This document shows positions 37,544-49,809 of a stretch of DNA of 64,000 nucleotides, one piece after another. Under the pieces are notes generated by a model. That model was not told the DNA's origin. It did no database searches and worked only from the letters and a program-made list of their open reading frames with translations. The stretch comes from Psammoneis japonica. Its lineage: Eukaryota. Within the stretch, counting starts at the first letter, position 1. Each line of letters begins with the position of its first letter. The DNA lies in contig QPGO01000073.1 of NCBI GenBank assembly GCA_008632985.1, positions 248,001 through 312,000 of the forward strand, given 5' to 3'. A program made the translations under genes and the position numbers.

Positions 37544-39488
37544 ATGACTACCGGTAGTCGACAACAGGAACTTACGGCAATCGCACGTGCATCTTTTGAT
37601 GCATGTGTTGTGGTTGCGGAATCTGGAAAGGTTGAATTTTCCAATGACGCTGCTCGAGAAATGTTTGATGATGCGCTTGTCGACATGAATGATGAGGCTC
37701 TCATTTTTCTCGATAAGGACGACTCGCAGACGTCATGGAAGGAAATTCGAGGGGCAGAACATGCAGAGACCTTTTCTCTCAAATTCCAACGCGACAGCAA
37801 AACTGTGATTTCGGCAAAAGCCCGATTGGCATATATGGGATCTTTTGCACTTGTCTTTTTCCATACAAACGAAACAAAGCAAGGCACCGTGCCCTTCTGC
37901 AGATGCTGCCAATTCTCAAGCTATCGTTGACGGCATTTTCGAGGCAGCGCTGGATCCACTCTTTCAGGTTAATCAACACGGTGTCATCCAGATGGTCAAC
38001 AATGCGGCGATAAAGCAATTTGGATGGACAAGAAACGAGTTTATTGGGAGCAACGTTCGCATGATTGTGGGATCAGAACATGCTGCAAAACATGACGGCT
38101 ACATGGAACGGTACCTCCGTACTGGAGAGAGTCGCGTCATGGGGACCAGACGTGAGTTGCCAGCTCGTCGAAAGGATGGGAGTGAATTCACCATACAGCT
38201 AAGTCTTGTGGAAGTTCCGGTAGCCAAAGGAGAAGATCGTACCTTTTGCGGTTTTGTTATTGATTTGACAGAACACAAGAGACATGTGAGCGAGATTCAA
38301 AGACGAGAAACCTTTACAGACACAATTATCGAAGGGTCCTACGATGCACTCTTGGTGACAGACCAAGACGGCGATATCATTCGTGTCAATAATACGGCTG
38401 AGAACAAGTTCATGACGCCAGGAAGAAATGATTTGCACGGCAAATCCGTTTTCACGTTTCTTAGCCCGAAAGATGCCAAGTGGCTCAAAGAGCAGATGGA
38501 GCAGTTCTTGAGCGTGGGTATTCCCATGACGGTTCAACAGGAGGTAACTGTCACACTTCCGAATGGAAAGACGTGTCCGGTAATGCTCGGTGTATCTGAG
38601 GTGGAAGGACTATTGGGCGAGCCTTGTTTTGCCCTATACCTTCATGATTTAACGGAGCAAAAGAAACGCCTAAAAGTGGAAGCGGAAATGCAAGCCGCGG
38701 AATATCTCTTGTTCAACATGCTCCCTGCGCCTATTGCGGATCAACTCAAGGATGATCCGTCTCATATTGCAGAGAGCCATAGCTATGCTGCGGTGCTGTT
38801 TGCCGATATTGTCGGCTTTACAACGATGTCGAGTACTATGAAACCCGACGAGGTAGTCGCCATGCTCAACGAGCTATTCAGTTCATTTGATGTTCTGGTT
38901 GACAAGTATGATTTGAACAAGATCAAAACGATTGGCGATTGCTACATGGTCACGACTGTCCCCGGTGTAAGTGGGGACGAATTGGAGCACTGTCGGCGCT
39001 TGTGTCATTTCGGTTTAGATTTGATTGGGGAGCTCCACAAGTACAACACAGCAGACGGCCGGGACAGAACGTTAGATCTCCGAGTTGGCCTTCACTGCGG
39101 CCCGGTTGTTGCCGGGGTGGTTGGTACAAAAAGGTTCTTGTATGATCTCTGGGGTGATGCTGTCAATGTTGCCTTTCGCATGGAGAGTACCGGTGTTCCT
39201 GGGAGAATCCAGACGACGAAGCACGTTGCAGAACTCATGGAGGAGGATTTTGTTTTTGAAAATCGAGGCATGGTGCAAGTAAAGGGAAAAGGTGAAATCG
39301 AGACTTTCTTTATAACCGAAGGAAAGAAGGAGTACCAGCTGCCGGAAAACGACGAGTCAATCGCACGCAGGAGGCGTCGAAGTTCAAACTTCTTGCAAGA
39401 CAGTGCAAGCCTTCTCCAGTCAATCCGAGCATTCGAAACCGCAATCTTGGACCGTCTTGATGACGATTCGGCTATCGAAAACGACTAA
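37544..39488 (+). CDS. PAS-PAS-PAS class III adenylate cyclase paralog (frameshift at ~37870-37890)
   Basis: Collinear, highly similar paralog of 33375-35296; upstream motif aattttggaattttgagttaggctggcg is shared at ~33255 and ~37276. Confidence 0.9.
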
Positions 39489-40197
39489 ACGGTTCGTTGA
39501 TAAGAGAAACGCGAGAGTGGGCAGTTTTGCTTACTAGTAATCGTTGGATTGGTTGATTGTTGCTGCAGCCTTTTTTATCGAGAATTACCGTTAGTTATGA
39601 AGTAAATGCAAACGTCTATCATAAAAGCGACAGAGCGGTTAGAATAGGTTTGCTGTCACAACCCTGGAATGAAGCGATCCGGTCTCTTGTTTTCCTATTC
39701 TATGCAAGAACATGAACAACGGCTTTTTGCTGACGCACAGATGCGGAACAGGTCTATCAACGGGAAATTTGGACCTTTGCACCACCGCCGGCACAGCTCT
39801 GTGGCTACACAACCGAAATGGAGGAGATTGAAAAGTGTGGATAGGCTGGAATCATACGGAAAACTTTATGGGCTAGTATCGACAAATAGAAAAGATAGAC
39901 ACTTCTATGGAAAGCTCTACTAGCCAGTCGAACATATCGCCTTCAATAGAGTTCCCTACATAGTTCTGTTTTAAAATTAATGTCGTTGTGCTTGCCCATG
40001 TGCTTCCCCTTAATGTAATTATTTGGGCTTTCAATTCGTCATCTAACCCTCAATCAGGATATATGAGCTTCGTGGTCGCGTAGATCAGTCGGTAGTCCGT
40101 CGGTCATGCTTCGATACAGCCTTGTTTGTCGTAGCGTGTGATTCTTGTAAACGTGATGTGTGATGGATGCGTGATTTCTTTCGTATAAAGACAGAGG

Positions 40198-41273
40198 CTA
40201 TCGATTCATGGATTTGGCTGCAAAAAATGGGTCATATACATAGTTCTTGAACAAACTCAAAAAGGTCCCTTCTCCAATCGGCAAGACTTCATTGTAAAAC
40301 CACGGTAGTGTGCCCTGTGCGGGAGCATTCATCAAGACGCGGGAAAACCACTTGGGTGTCGTAAAGAAGGCTGCCATGCCGTCCTTGGCAAATCCCTCGC
40401 GAATAATGGAGCGATAACAAATCTTGCCGTGTTGTTGGGCATAATCCAGCGTGCGTCCCCACAACGCTTGTTGTGTAATGGCAAAGACGTTTCCAACAAA
40501 CATGTTCATACCGAGTCCATACCAAAAGACAGAAGACTGCGATTTGTACTCTTGTGGAAAGTACAGTTTGTAGGTGATGGGTGTCAAAACAAAGGAGGTT
40601 TGACACATGATAATGTTGCGCGTTGCATTGGGAAGAAAGGCTGGACCCGCAGCGCTCTGTAGCTTGTTGAGTTTCATGCTGGAAACAACTTTCTTAAATT
40701 CTTTTGGCCAAAATAACGCTGTACCTCGGCACGGTTAGAAACCTTACTCTCAAAGCTGGCAGAGAGAATGGGTGCCAGAAATGTTTTGAAGCAAACTTGA
40801 CTTGATAATCGAGCGGTTTCTTCTCTTCCTCCTCGGGAGAAAGCATGAGCTCTTTGCCGTATGCGACTGGTTTGACTCCCATTAAGCTGCTTAGGGAATG
40901 ATCGAAAAACTGAAAGGCACATCCCATTACAGAATACTGCAAGAACCAGGCAGTGATAGACGCCGGTCCCACCACCCTGTAAGGCGCCAGAAAACCCTCT
41001 GAAAAGGTAAGTCGGATAGCTTGCTGAAACGGATTCTTGCCCGAAACCTGCGACGAATTCATGTACAGTGCAATCTTTCCAGGGCATACCGAGGAATCGC
41101 ATGGCGACACCAAACAAACCAATCCCGGTGGAACGATAAATCACCGCGAGAGGCTCGACCCACGCCATGGGCATCTGCAGCGTCCGGACTTGAAAGTCAA
41201 TGTTGGACTCTCGTCGTCGAATCAACGCGGTCTTGCTGCGGCGGGGAGATGGAGGAGAGGATGAAGATGCCAT
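40198..41273 (-). CDS. Hypothetical membrane protein, possibly a divergent mitochondrial-carrier-like protein; fragmented over three ORFs
   Basis: ORFs 40674-41420, 40694-41122 and 40198-40677 each contribute protein-like segments (EPLAVI, FLAPYRVVGP, YRSIIREG..KDG.AAFF..KWFSRVLMNAP). Confidence 0.5.
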
Positions 41274-41390
41274 GGTGATACAGGGACGAATGTCGAATTT
41301 ATCAGAACCGTGAACCGTCACAACAAGCGTCGTGCGTCGTCGCAGGATGCTCGGGTTCGCATCGTGGCATTCCACATCGCTAAAAAAATG

Positions 41391-42840
41391 CTGACACGAT
41401 TTTTCTCGTCTGTCAATCACTCGCCCCCAAATTGTGATTGGAGCCAGGTTCCATGGCTCCAGGGTGCTGCTTGAGAGATTAACACTGGGCTCTATCTACT
41501 AGCTAGTGCTAGCTAGGCTAGAGTAGCAACTAGCTCTAGAGATCTAGTCTCTAGAGTAGAGACTCTAGCAGGGCACTCTGCTGGCCACAGGAGACTGCTT
41601 CTGCCAAGCCCCGGGAGCGCACTCTGCCACCAGAAATTGCTGGCTGCTGCTTCTGCTCATGATGGAGTGCCGGCACAAGATGAAGCAATTCTTGAAGATG
41701 TACACTACAACACACAGTTAGGCCTAAGTTGAAATCAAACACAACGCATTGTCTCTTTACCTCGCTTCTCAGAATCAACTTGTGGCAGAAGCAAACGTCG
41801 TTTCGAACGCGCTCGGCACACAAAGACATGCAGCACAGTTGTCAACATCCAAAAACATTTTCATTTTGCATTCCAGCCTCAAGGAGCGACTCCCAGGGTG
41901 CAAATCCATTCACCATTCGCTTGAAGATGTTTTTTGGAGGGCATTCTTTCACTTGTCCATCGTCTGGGTCGATGTGCCGAATGCAAACGCCCATCCTGAC
42001 GCTTTCCGGAGAACACATGTGGAAAAACTCATCCATCTCAAACTCAATGCTTTTGTCACACATGCTTGGGATGTCAGGCATCACTGCAAATTCAAACGTC
42101 ACCTTGGCAGAATTGCCGCAGACATCGGACTCCACAGCACTTGCGGCGCACACGCAATCAGAGTCATTCCTCTGACACCACTTTCTGTGTCCACGCACAA
42201 GTGCAGCACGTTGTCTTGGAGGAAGCAACCCGTTTCTCCGTCATGGTCTCTGGATGACGTCTCATGATTAGACTCACAAGTTGCAAAGCTCGCAAGAACG
42301 TCGTCGTCGCAATGCTGCAGTGGACTTGTGCCACAGTGTCTTGACTGGCCGAAAAGCCAAAACGAGCATCCGCCGTCAAATCCAACATGACCCACCCCTT
42401 GTTTTTGTTGGCATCACGAGAAGAAGTTGGGCAATTTGTCGTTCCACTTGAGGCAGGAGGCATGTTGTCACACACCTCAATTGTCTTGGTTTCAGACACC
42501 TCATTTCCAGCTGCGTCAGATGTGTTCCAGAGGTCCGAGCAAGCATGTGACTGTTGGGACAAGCACCGTCATCCCGCAGTTCCTCAATGTCAACCTGGCC
42601 ACCAAAGCACGGGTCATCATCAAGTGCCAGGACCGTCTCCAAGGGCGGCACCCTGTTGACGGGGAGGCTTTCATCCGTGAAACCATGCAACGAGAAAAGT
42701 GCGGGATTCTTTGTGTCAGCTTTGGGTGCATTCACGTTAGGATCAAGGCACTGTTCTGCCGGCCATGGTCTGGTGCAAGATCCTGAAACTCCCGGGTTGC
42801 GGTCACACGTCTGCCAGCAGCTGTCGCCTCCATCATGCTG
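41391..42840 (-). pseudogene. TpA-converted duplicate of 44413-45842 (3' end and downstream flank of the large Cys-rich gene)
   Basis: Collinear direct duplicate offset by ~3.0 kb; multiple frameshifts; Tyr codons changed to His/Cys (DNVLYLYMDTE vs DNVLHLCVDTE). Confidence 0.95.
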
Positions 42841-44734
42841 CACTCGATTTTGGGGGGATCAGTGACTCCAAGAGAGGGGGGGAGGGGAGAGGAGAAAGAA
42901 GGAGGAAGAGGAGAGAAAGGAAGGAGAGAGGAAGGGGTTGAGAGGGCAGCGAGCTTGATCTAAAATGCGGAAGTGGTTTGAAGAGCGATCCTCACTTCTT
43001 TCTCACCCGATGTGTCAGATCTCCGGGTGCTCGCATGTTAAAGTAATTTGGTGTGGTGACACCGATGAGACATTGTAGTGTTGAAGTATCTCTAGTATGA
43101 ATTTTACGTAGAAATCTACGCAATTCAGGAGTTTCCCTCCGACACCAAACAAAAAATCGACCATGACAGCTGCAAGAGCCGGTAGTCGAAATTGTCGCCG
43201 TCACTTGTGATAATGCTGTGACAACAAAGCACGCATTAAAACTCTCTCTGATAAATGAATATACGAAAAGAGAGGTGTGAAAAACGTGAAAAATGGATAA
43301 GAAATGCCTTGGTACTTTTGCCATTTTTAGAACTCGTCTCTCACTCTTGCGTTGCAATTTCTGTTCGTTCTTGACAGATTGAAGAGCCCTCCTTTAAGTA
43401 TCGAGCATTAATGGCGTCTCGTATGCTGATGTTTTGTATTTCAATCGTTGTGGCTCCAGTCGACTCTTCTCCAGTCGTCAATGAGGGTTTGCTAGTCATC
43501 GGGGTGGCGTTTCAGGATTTCTACAGTGTCGCTGCTTGCGGCGTTGCCGCAGGTGCCATTGACACGCGACTTGAAGAGATTGATGGCCATACATTGATTG
43601 TGGGTGCGGTTTGTGTCGTTTTTCAATCTACAATCTACCACTTTGGCTGGAAAAGTCCGCGTATGAGCGGCAGACGAGGTTGCCCTCGTCTTTAAATAAC
43701 ACGGGCCACTGCCGAGGTTGCTGACTGCAGCAGCGCCTCGGCAATTTTTTTCTGCAATAATGTTCATGTGGCCCCACCTCTGAATATTGAGACGGCTGAC
43801 GAGAGCCAAGGGGTTGCTCCCCGGTAAGGCGTTGACTGGTGCTTCCAAGGACGGGAGTGCCTTCAACCGCCGCAGACCCGAATCTCCGTTGCGATAGGGT
43901 TCACCTGCCCTCAAAGGTGGTTTGGATTGTTAAAGTTTTGCAGCTGGGTGGCACAGGGAGCAGGTGGCACTGGATCAGCTGTGCAGGAGCATGGGAGTCT
44001 ACGGTGTTGGAGCAGCTGGTCGTGGTTCTGTTGCATTGCAAACGTTACTTTTGTCCTAGAGTTCATCTCTGTGGCATTGTTTCTGACTTCAGTCATTAAC
44101 AGCGTGTTCCATAGGGCACGCAAGTACGACTGCTGCTGCAACTCTTACGACCACTGCTGCAACTCTTGTGACTACTGCTGTTGTTGCGACCACTGCAACT
44201 CTTGCGACCCCTGCTAAAAAAAAACAAAGGTTGTTGATGCTGTTGGAGCGCAGGAATCGGCAGCGTTGATGCAGCTAGGCAGCACGGTACTCGGTGGCAT
44301 TGGAGCAGCCAGACGGTGAAGTAGGCGGCAGTGTTTGAGTAGCTGGGCAGCATGGGAGTCGGTTTGGACAAGAAATAAAATAGTGAATTATAAACTCATG
44401 GCTGAATGAAATCTGACACGATTTTTCTCGTCTGTCAATCACTCGCCCCCAAGATTGTGATTGGAGGCAGGTTCCGGGGAACCAGGGTGCTGCCCTCACT
44501 CTACTCTAGAGAGAGTAGCTACCCTTGCCACTCGAGAGACTAACACAGGGCTCTATCTAGTAGTAGCTAGTAGCTACTGCTCTAGGGCTGCTCGACATAC
44601 TAGCTACAGGAGACGGGAGTGCACTTCTACTAGAAAATGTCGACTGCTGCTTCTACTCTAGATAGTGTACCGGTGCAAGATGAAGCAATTCTTGAAGATA
44701 TACACTACAATATATAGTTAGGCCTAAGCCGAAA

Positions 44735-47700
44735 TCAAACACAACGCATTGTCTCTTTACCTCGCTTCTCAGAATCGATTTGTGGCAAAAGCAAATGTCG
44801 TTTCGAACGCGTTCGGTACACAAAGATATGCAGCACAGTTATCAACAGCCAAAGAACATTTTCATTTTGCATTCCAGCCTCAAGGAGCGACTCCCAGGGT
44901 GCAAATCCATTCACCATTCCGCTTAAAGATGTTTTTTGGAGGGCATTCTTTCACTTGTCCATCGTCTGAGTCGATGTACCGAATGCAAACGCCCATCCTG
45001 ACGCTTTCCGGAGAACACATACGGAAAAACTCGTCCATCTCAAACTCAATGCTTTTGTCACACATGCTTGGGATATCGGGCATTGCTACAAATTCAAACG
45101 TCGCCTCGGCAGAATTTCCGCAGACATCGGACTCCACAGCACTTACGGTGTATACGCGATCAGAGTCATCGCCTCTGACACCACTTTCTGTGTCCATGTA
45201 CAAGTACAGCACGTTGTCTTTGAGGAAGCAATCTGTTTCTCCGTCATGGTCTTTGGATGACGTCTCGTGATTATACTCGCAAGTCGTAAAGCTCGTAAGA
45301 ACGGCGTCGTCGCAGTACTGTGGTAGACTTGTGCCACAGTCGTCTTGACCGGCCGAAAAGCCAAAACGAGCATCCGTCATCAAATCCAACATGACCCACC
45401 CCTTGTTTTTATTAGCGTTACGAGAAGAAGTTAGGCAATTTGTCGTTCCACTTAAGGCAGGAGGTATGTTGTCATACACCTCAATCGTCTTGGTTTCAGA
45501 CGCCTCATTTCCAGCCGCATCAGATGTGTTCCAGGTCCGAACAAGCGTATAACTGTTAGGACAAGCACCGTCATCCCGCAATTCCTTAACATCAACCTTA
45601 CCACTAAAGCACGGGTCGTCATCAAGTGCCAGGACCGTCTCCAAGGGCGGCACCCTGTTGACGGGGAGGCTTTCATCCGTGAAACCATGCAACGAGAAAA
45701 GTACGGGATTCTTCGTGTCAGCTTTGGGTGCATTCGCGTTAGGATCAAGGCACTGTTCTGCCGGCCATGGTCCGGTACAAGATCCTGAAACTCCCGGGTG
45801 GCGGTCACACGTCTGCCAGCAGCAGTCGCCTCCATCATACTGATTCTCCTCCGTGTTGAGATCAGGGTCGCAGAATCTGTCACCCGCTTCTTGCAGTCCC
45901 CGTCCGCGTTGCTCAATCCTCTCCAAGGAACGACCTCCACTGCCGCTGCCTGCGCACTGCTCGCTGCTGACGGGTGTCCCGACAACAGATGGGTCCAAAC
46001 AATACATGGTGGCTGCATCGCAAAGGTTCAATGGCTCCCAGTCGGTCTCGCCGTCGTTGTTTTCGGGTTTCATGCAGGTGTGCATACAACAGTCACCCCC
46101 GTCATACTTGCACTGCGGAGTATTCCATGGGCCTCCATTGCAAAAGCCGTTGCCTGTCTGATTGAGCCGACGTTCGGTTCCGTTCGTGTCGGACGGATCC
46201 AGATCAAGCGATAAGAGCTGCTCGCAAGTGAAATCATCATACTGAGGATCTGAATAGTCAATGGGCTCTGGTTTCTCCACGCAAGCATCGATCGACGTTT
46301 GTCCAACCTGCAATGTGATTCTTCCATCCGGACACACCTCGCACGACTTGCTACCATACCCGGCTGCATAGGAGTTCACAGGACAAGGCTCGTAATGGTC
46401 CAATCCTCTGCGAGCTGTGTACGTCCCTGGACCGCACAGATCGCAAGATCGCATGGCTCCCGTCCTGCTGCTGTACGTGCCAGCTTCACAAGGGATGGCG
46501 CCGGTGCCCTCGTCTGAGTAGAACCCAGGCAGCACTTCGACACAACGCGTGCTTCCTTCGTCTATGGTTTCCGTTCCGGCGTCACACTCTTTGCACTGGA
46601 TTGCTTCTCCCTTGACGTCGGAGTAATGATTCGGTGGACACAAAATGCAACCGCTTTGTCCATCAATGGGTTGATACGTCCCTTTGTCACAGAGGTCGCA
46701 CTTGGCGTTCCCGGTCCCTGTTGAATACGATCCAGCCACACAAATCTCGCATCTAGTTGCCTTGGCTTCGGAATAATATCCTTCCTGACAGGCTTCGACT
46801 GCGGCCATAGAGGAGTTTCGATAGCTTCCAGCTTCGACGGGTTCGCAGAGGCCTGTCTGCATGTTGAGGAGGGGGTGGAAGCCTTCGCCGCAGCGGCACT
46901 CGTAGTCGACCCGAAGTGCCTCATCGTCTGGGTGTCCGATGTCTTCTGGAGATATTTCACAACTATCCTCCCCATCACAAGCGGTATACGCGACCGTCTC
47001 CTGCATAAACCCACTGCCTGTCTTGACTTCCAGCACGAATATCTCTCCACCTTCAATTGTGGAGCATTCGTCAAGGCTTGCAGCTTTCAAAGGTCCGTTC
47101 GCCTCCGAGAAAGCAACATCAGTACGCACGTTTGTTCCCTGTTCTGTCGTGTCTCTTCCAACCTCGAGGCAGGTGTACTCAACAGTAATTCCGTCGCATT
47201 CTTGCACGGTGCATGAATCTGTCTTCTTCCCATCACAATCCTGGCGAGCTCCACTCAGACAAGCTTGTCTCTGAGTCCACCGGGCGGTGTGTGTCTCTCG
47301 CTGTTCGACGTAAGATCCTAAAACTTTACTAAGAGCTTTGTACTCATCAGCGAGGTGATTGCAAGCTTCTGAAGGATTGGCGCAGTTGTTTAGTCTTGTG
47401 AATCCCTGTTTCGCACATGCACATTTTAAATCCTTTTCAAGCCTTTTATCCATTTCAGTTGAGATTTTGTAACTGTTGGGGACAGTTTGACAACATGCAG
47501 ATGGTGAGGGAGCGCCACCTGGCCCCGTGCAAAACCTGGTACAAGTTCTGTAAATTTTCTCCATTTCTTTCCTAACTCCATTTCGCTTTCCTTTGAGGAA
47601 GGCAAGCATCAGATCGGCTGAGTCCCATCCATTCACAGATGGCTCGACGCTGGTGCGATACTGGCAGAACAGCGGAATAGAAGGTTTGAACGTCGGGTCT

Positions 47701-49610
47701 GCGCAAGGATACCCGTACAAGAGGCTGTCGATGGCGATGATGTCCTTACCAGACGGTGAGCAATTCATCGTCCCTCTGTCAGCTGTAAGCCAGTAGGGGA
47801 GTAGGTCGATCTCTTTGATTTGATCTGAAGAAACACAGGTGTAAAACACAGTCAGCGAATTGAAAGTATCCTGCTCAAGCCCGGGCATTGAGTTCTCGGG
47901 TTCTGAGATGAACCTGTCAAAGGGGAATCCGTCGCATGCTTGCGACCCAAGGAGGCTGGCATCGATTTCACAGCTGTTTACGTCGGTGTCGCACGGGAAA
48001 ACAACCTTTCCGGTTATGTCGTCGGAGCCATCCAAACACAACGCCGTTCGGCGAACAGCCTTGATAACCAGCGGCACCGTTTCAGTAGGACAGGTCACTG
48101 ATGTTTTCCAAGTCGTGGACGTTGACATGCGGTATTCCAGACCACCAAAAAGCGTCGTGTCAATATTGCCCGAAGTGTCAAACACGCCAGCCCAAGGATC
48201 AAAGACAACCTTTTCCATAAGGCCGTTCAGAAGGTCGAAGTGAGGGTCGATGTAGCGGGCCAAAAAATCCGTGGGAATGATTTCGGGCATATTGACATCG
48301 ATATCAGCCAACTCGGGTATGTCCAGTTCTTCTGCTAGATAGTCAAGAATGTCCTCCACAATCTCATCAGGATTGATATGTAGCTCCTTCAAAAGCGCTT
48401 CTGCAAATTCATACACCATGTCTTCCAAATCACAAATGGCTGTCAATGCGTCCGGGCACGCCAAGAACGAGAACGCGCTGATTACCACGTCGAAGGCTTC
48501 GAACAATGGAGCAAAAGGTTCGACCGCTCCACCAACTTTGTTGAGGGGAACCTTGATATCTTCAACGAACGACTGAACGGCCTGGTAGGCTGGTAGAATT
48601 GTGTCATCTAGATACGCGTCGATTCTTTCCATATCCGTGTTGAATCGTTCCAAAGGTGGTATCGCCTCGCTGAACTTTTCGAGATCAAAAGTGCCCGTGT
48701 AGCTCAGCCTCCGGTCCGAACTGTGGCTGCCACCGGTGGAATCGTAAAACTCTTTCAATGTCAGCCCTTCTAGTTTGCGAGAATGAAGCTGAATCAAACG
48801 ACGAATAGTTCTACGAGCCTCGGGGTCCTTGACGTCGTCCAAGAGAGTGGTAAGAGCCCTCGCAGCGTCAGTATCGGGTGTCACAGTCCCGTCATCGACT
48901 CGAAGATTGCGGCGAGACACGGCGTCTTCGATCTTCTTGAAAAACGCTTGGACATTGTTAACGGTGCAAAGACTCTCATGGACTCCGTAAAGCGCGGGCC
49001 GCAGAGCATATCGAAAGACGCTGTTTATTAACCCCTTGCATTACACAGAATGAAGCAACGTGTTAGTTCACTTCATAATACGAAAAAATAGAAAAAAGAA
49101 TGCGTGGTGTATGCATTACTTACGAGTTTTCCGACGGCCTTTACAAAGTACCGCTGCATTTTCGAGTTCAATTCGCACTTTTCATCCAGTTTATTTTCGA
49201 GTTTCACAATTTTTTCGGCGAATGTTTTAAATGGCTTTAGTCGCCTCCCATACTTTTTGATGTAAGGAATTTTCACCGAGATACCAATGGCATTAGCAAC
49301 TTTTTTTCAATGCCCTAGATACCTTGACGATTTTCCAGACGTCGCTAGCATATGCCGCACAAAACGGAGAAGCCGAAAATTTCATAGCTTCCACGATATA
49401 AAAGATCTTGAAATTCTTGTAGTTCGAGTTGTAAATAAACATTGGCTCCTCAATTTTTCGAATCCATTCACCGGCATCGCGTAGATCCTGAGGCCCATCT
49501 TCGTCAAACTCGCAATACGAAAACCCGGTGTCGTCAGTGGCCTGACCCAAGCTCTCGTTCAAACTTCCCATAGCCACAACGGCGAGCAAGAGAAGGACTA
49601 GTCGCTTCAT
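44735..49610 (-). CDS. Large secreted/surface Cys-rich protein with ephrin-receptor-like (GCC2/GCC3) repeats and Notch/LNR-like modules, multi-exon
   Basis: Signal peptide MKRLVLLLLAVVAMG at 49610; 1346-aa ORF 44880-48920 with CxxCxxGxY repeats and two YDGGDCC modules. The true C-terminus is uncertain (44880 or 44735). Confidence 0.8.
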
Positions 49611-49809
49611 CCTCCTCCAGCACGAATCTGTAGGGAGGGAAGGCGGTCAAGGGGGTGAGAGTACGGCATCTTTTCATCATTGTCGAAGCGGGAATTCAGA
49701 GCAAGATCGTTATGTGCGCCTGTGGTCCGCCGAAAAATAGCGCGCGAAATCTGCGCCAGAGATCTTGCGTGCTGAACAACGCAAGTCCTGCTAACTCCGC
49801 CGTCATGCC

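Noticed and set aside
41391..42840. Classical fungal-type RIP
   Set aside because: RIP increases TpA in repeats; here repeats lose TpA, and conserved motifs and the MITE hairpin mark TA as ancestral.
42870..42950. Purine-rich GGA/GAG tract
   Set aside because: Low-complexity sequence; no further structure supportable.
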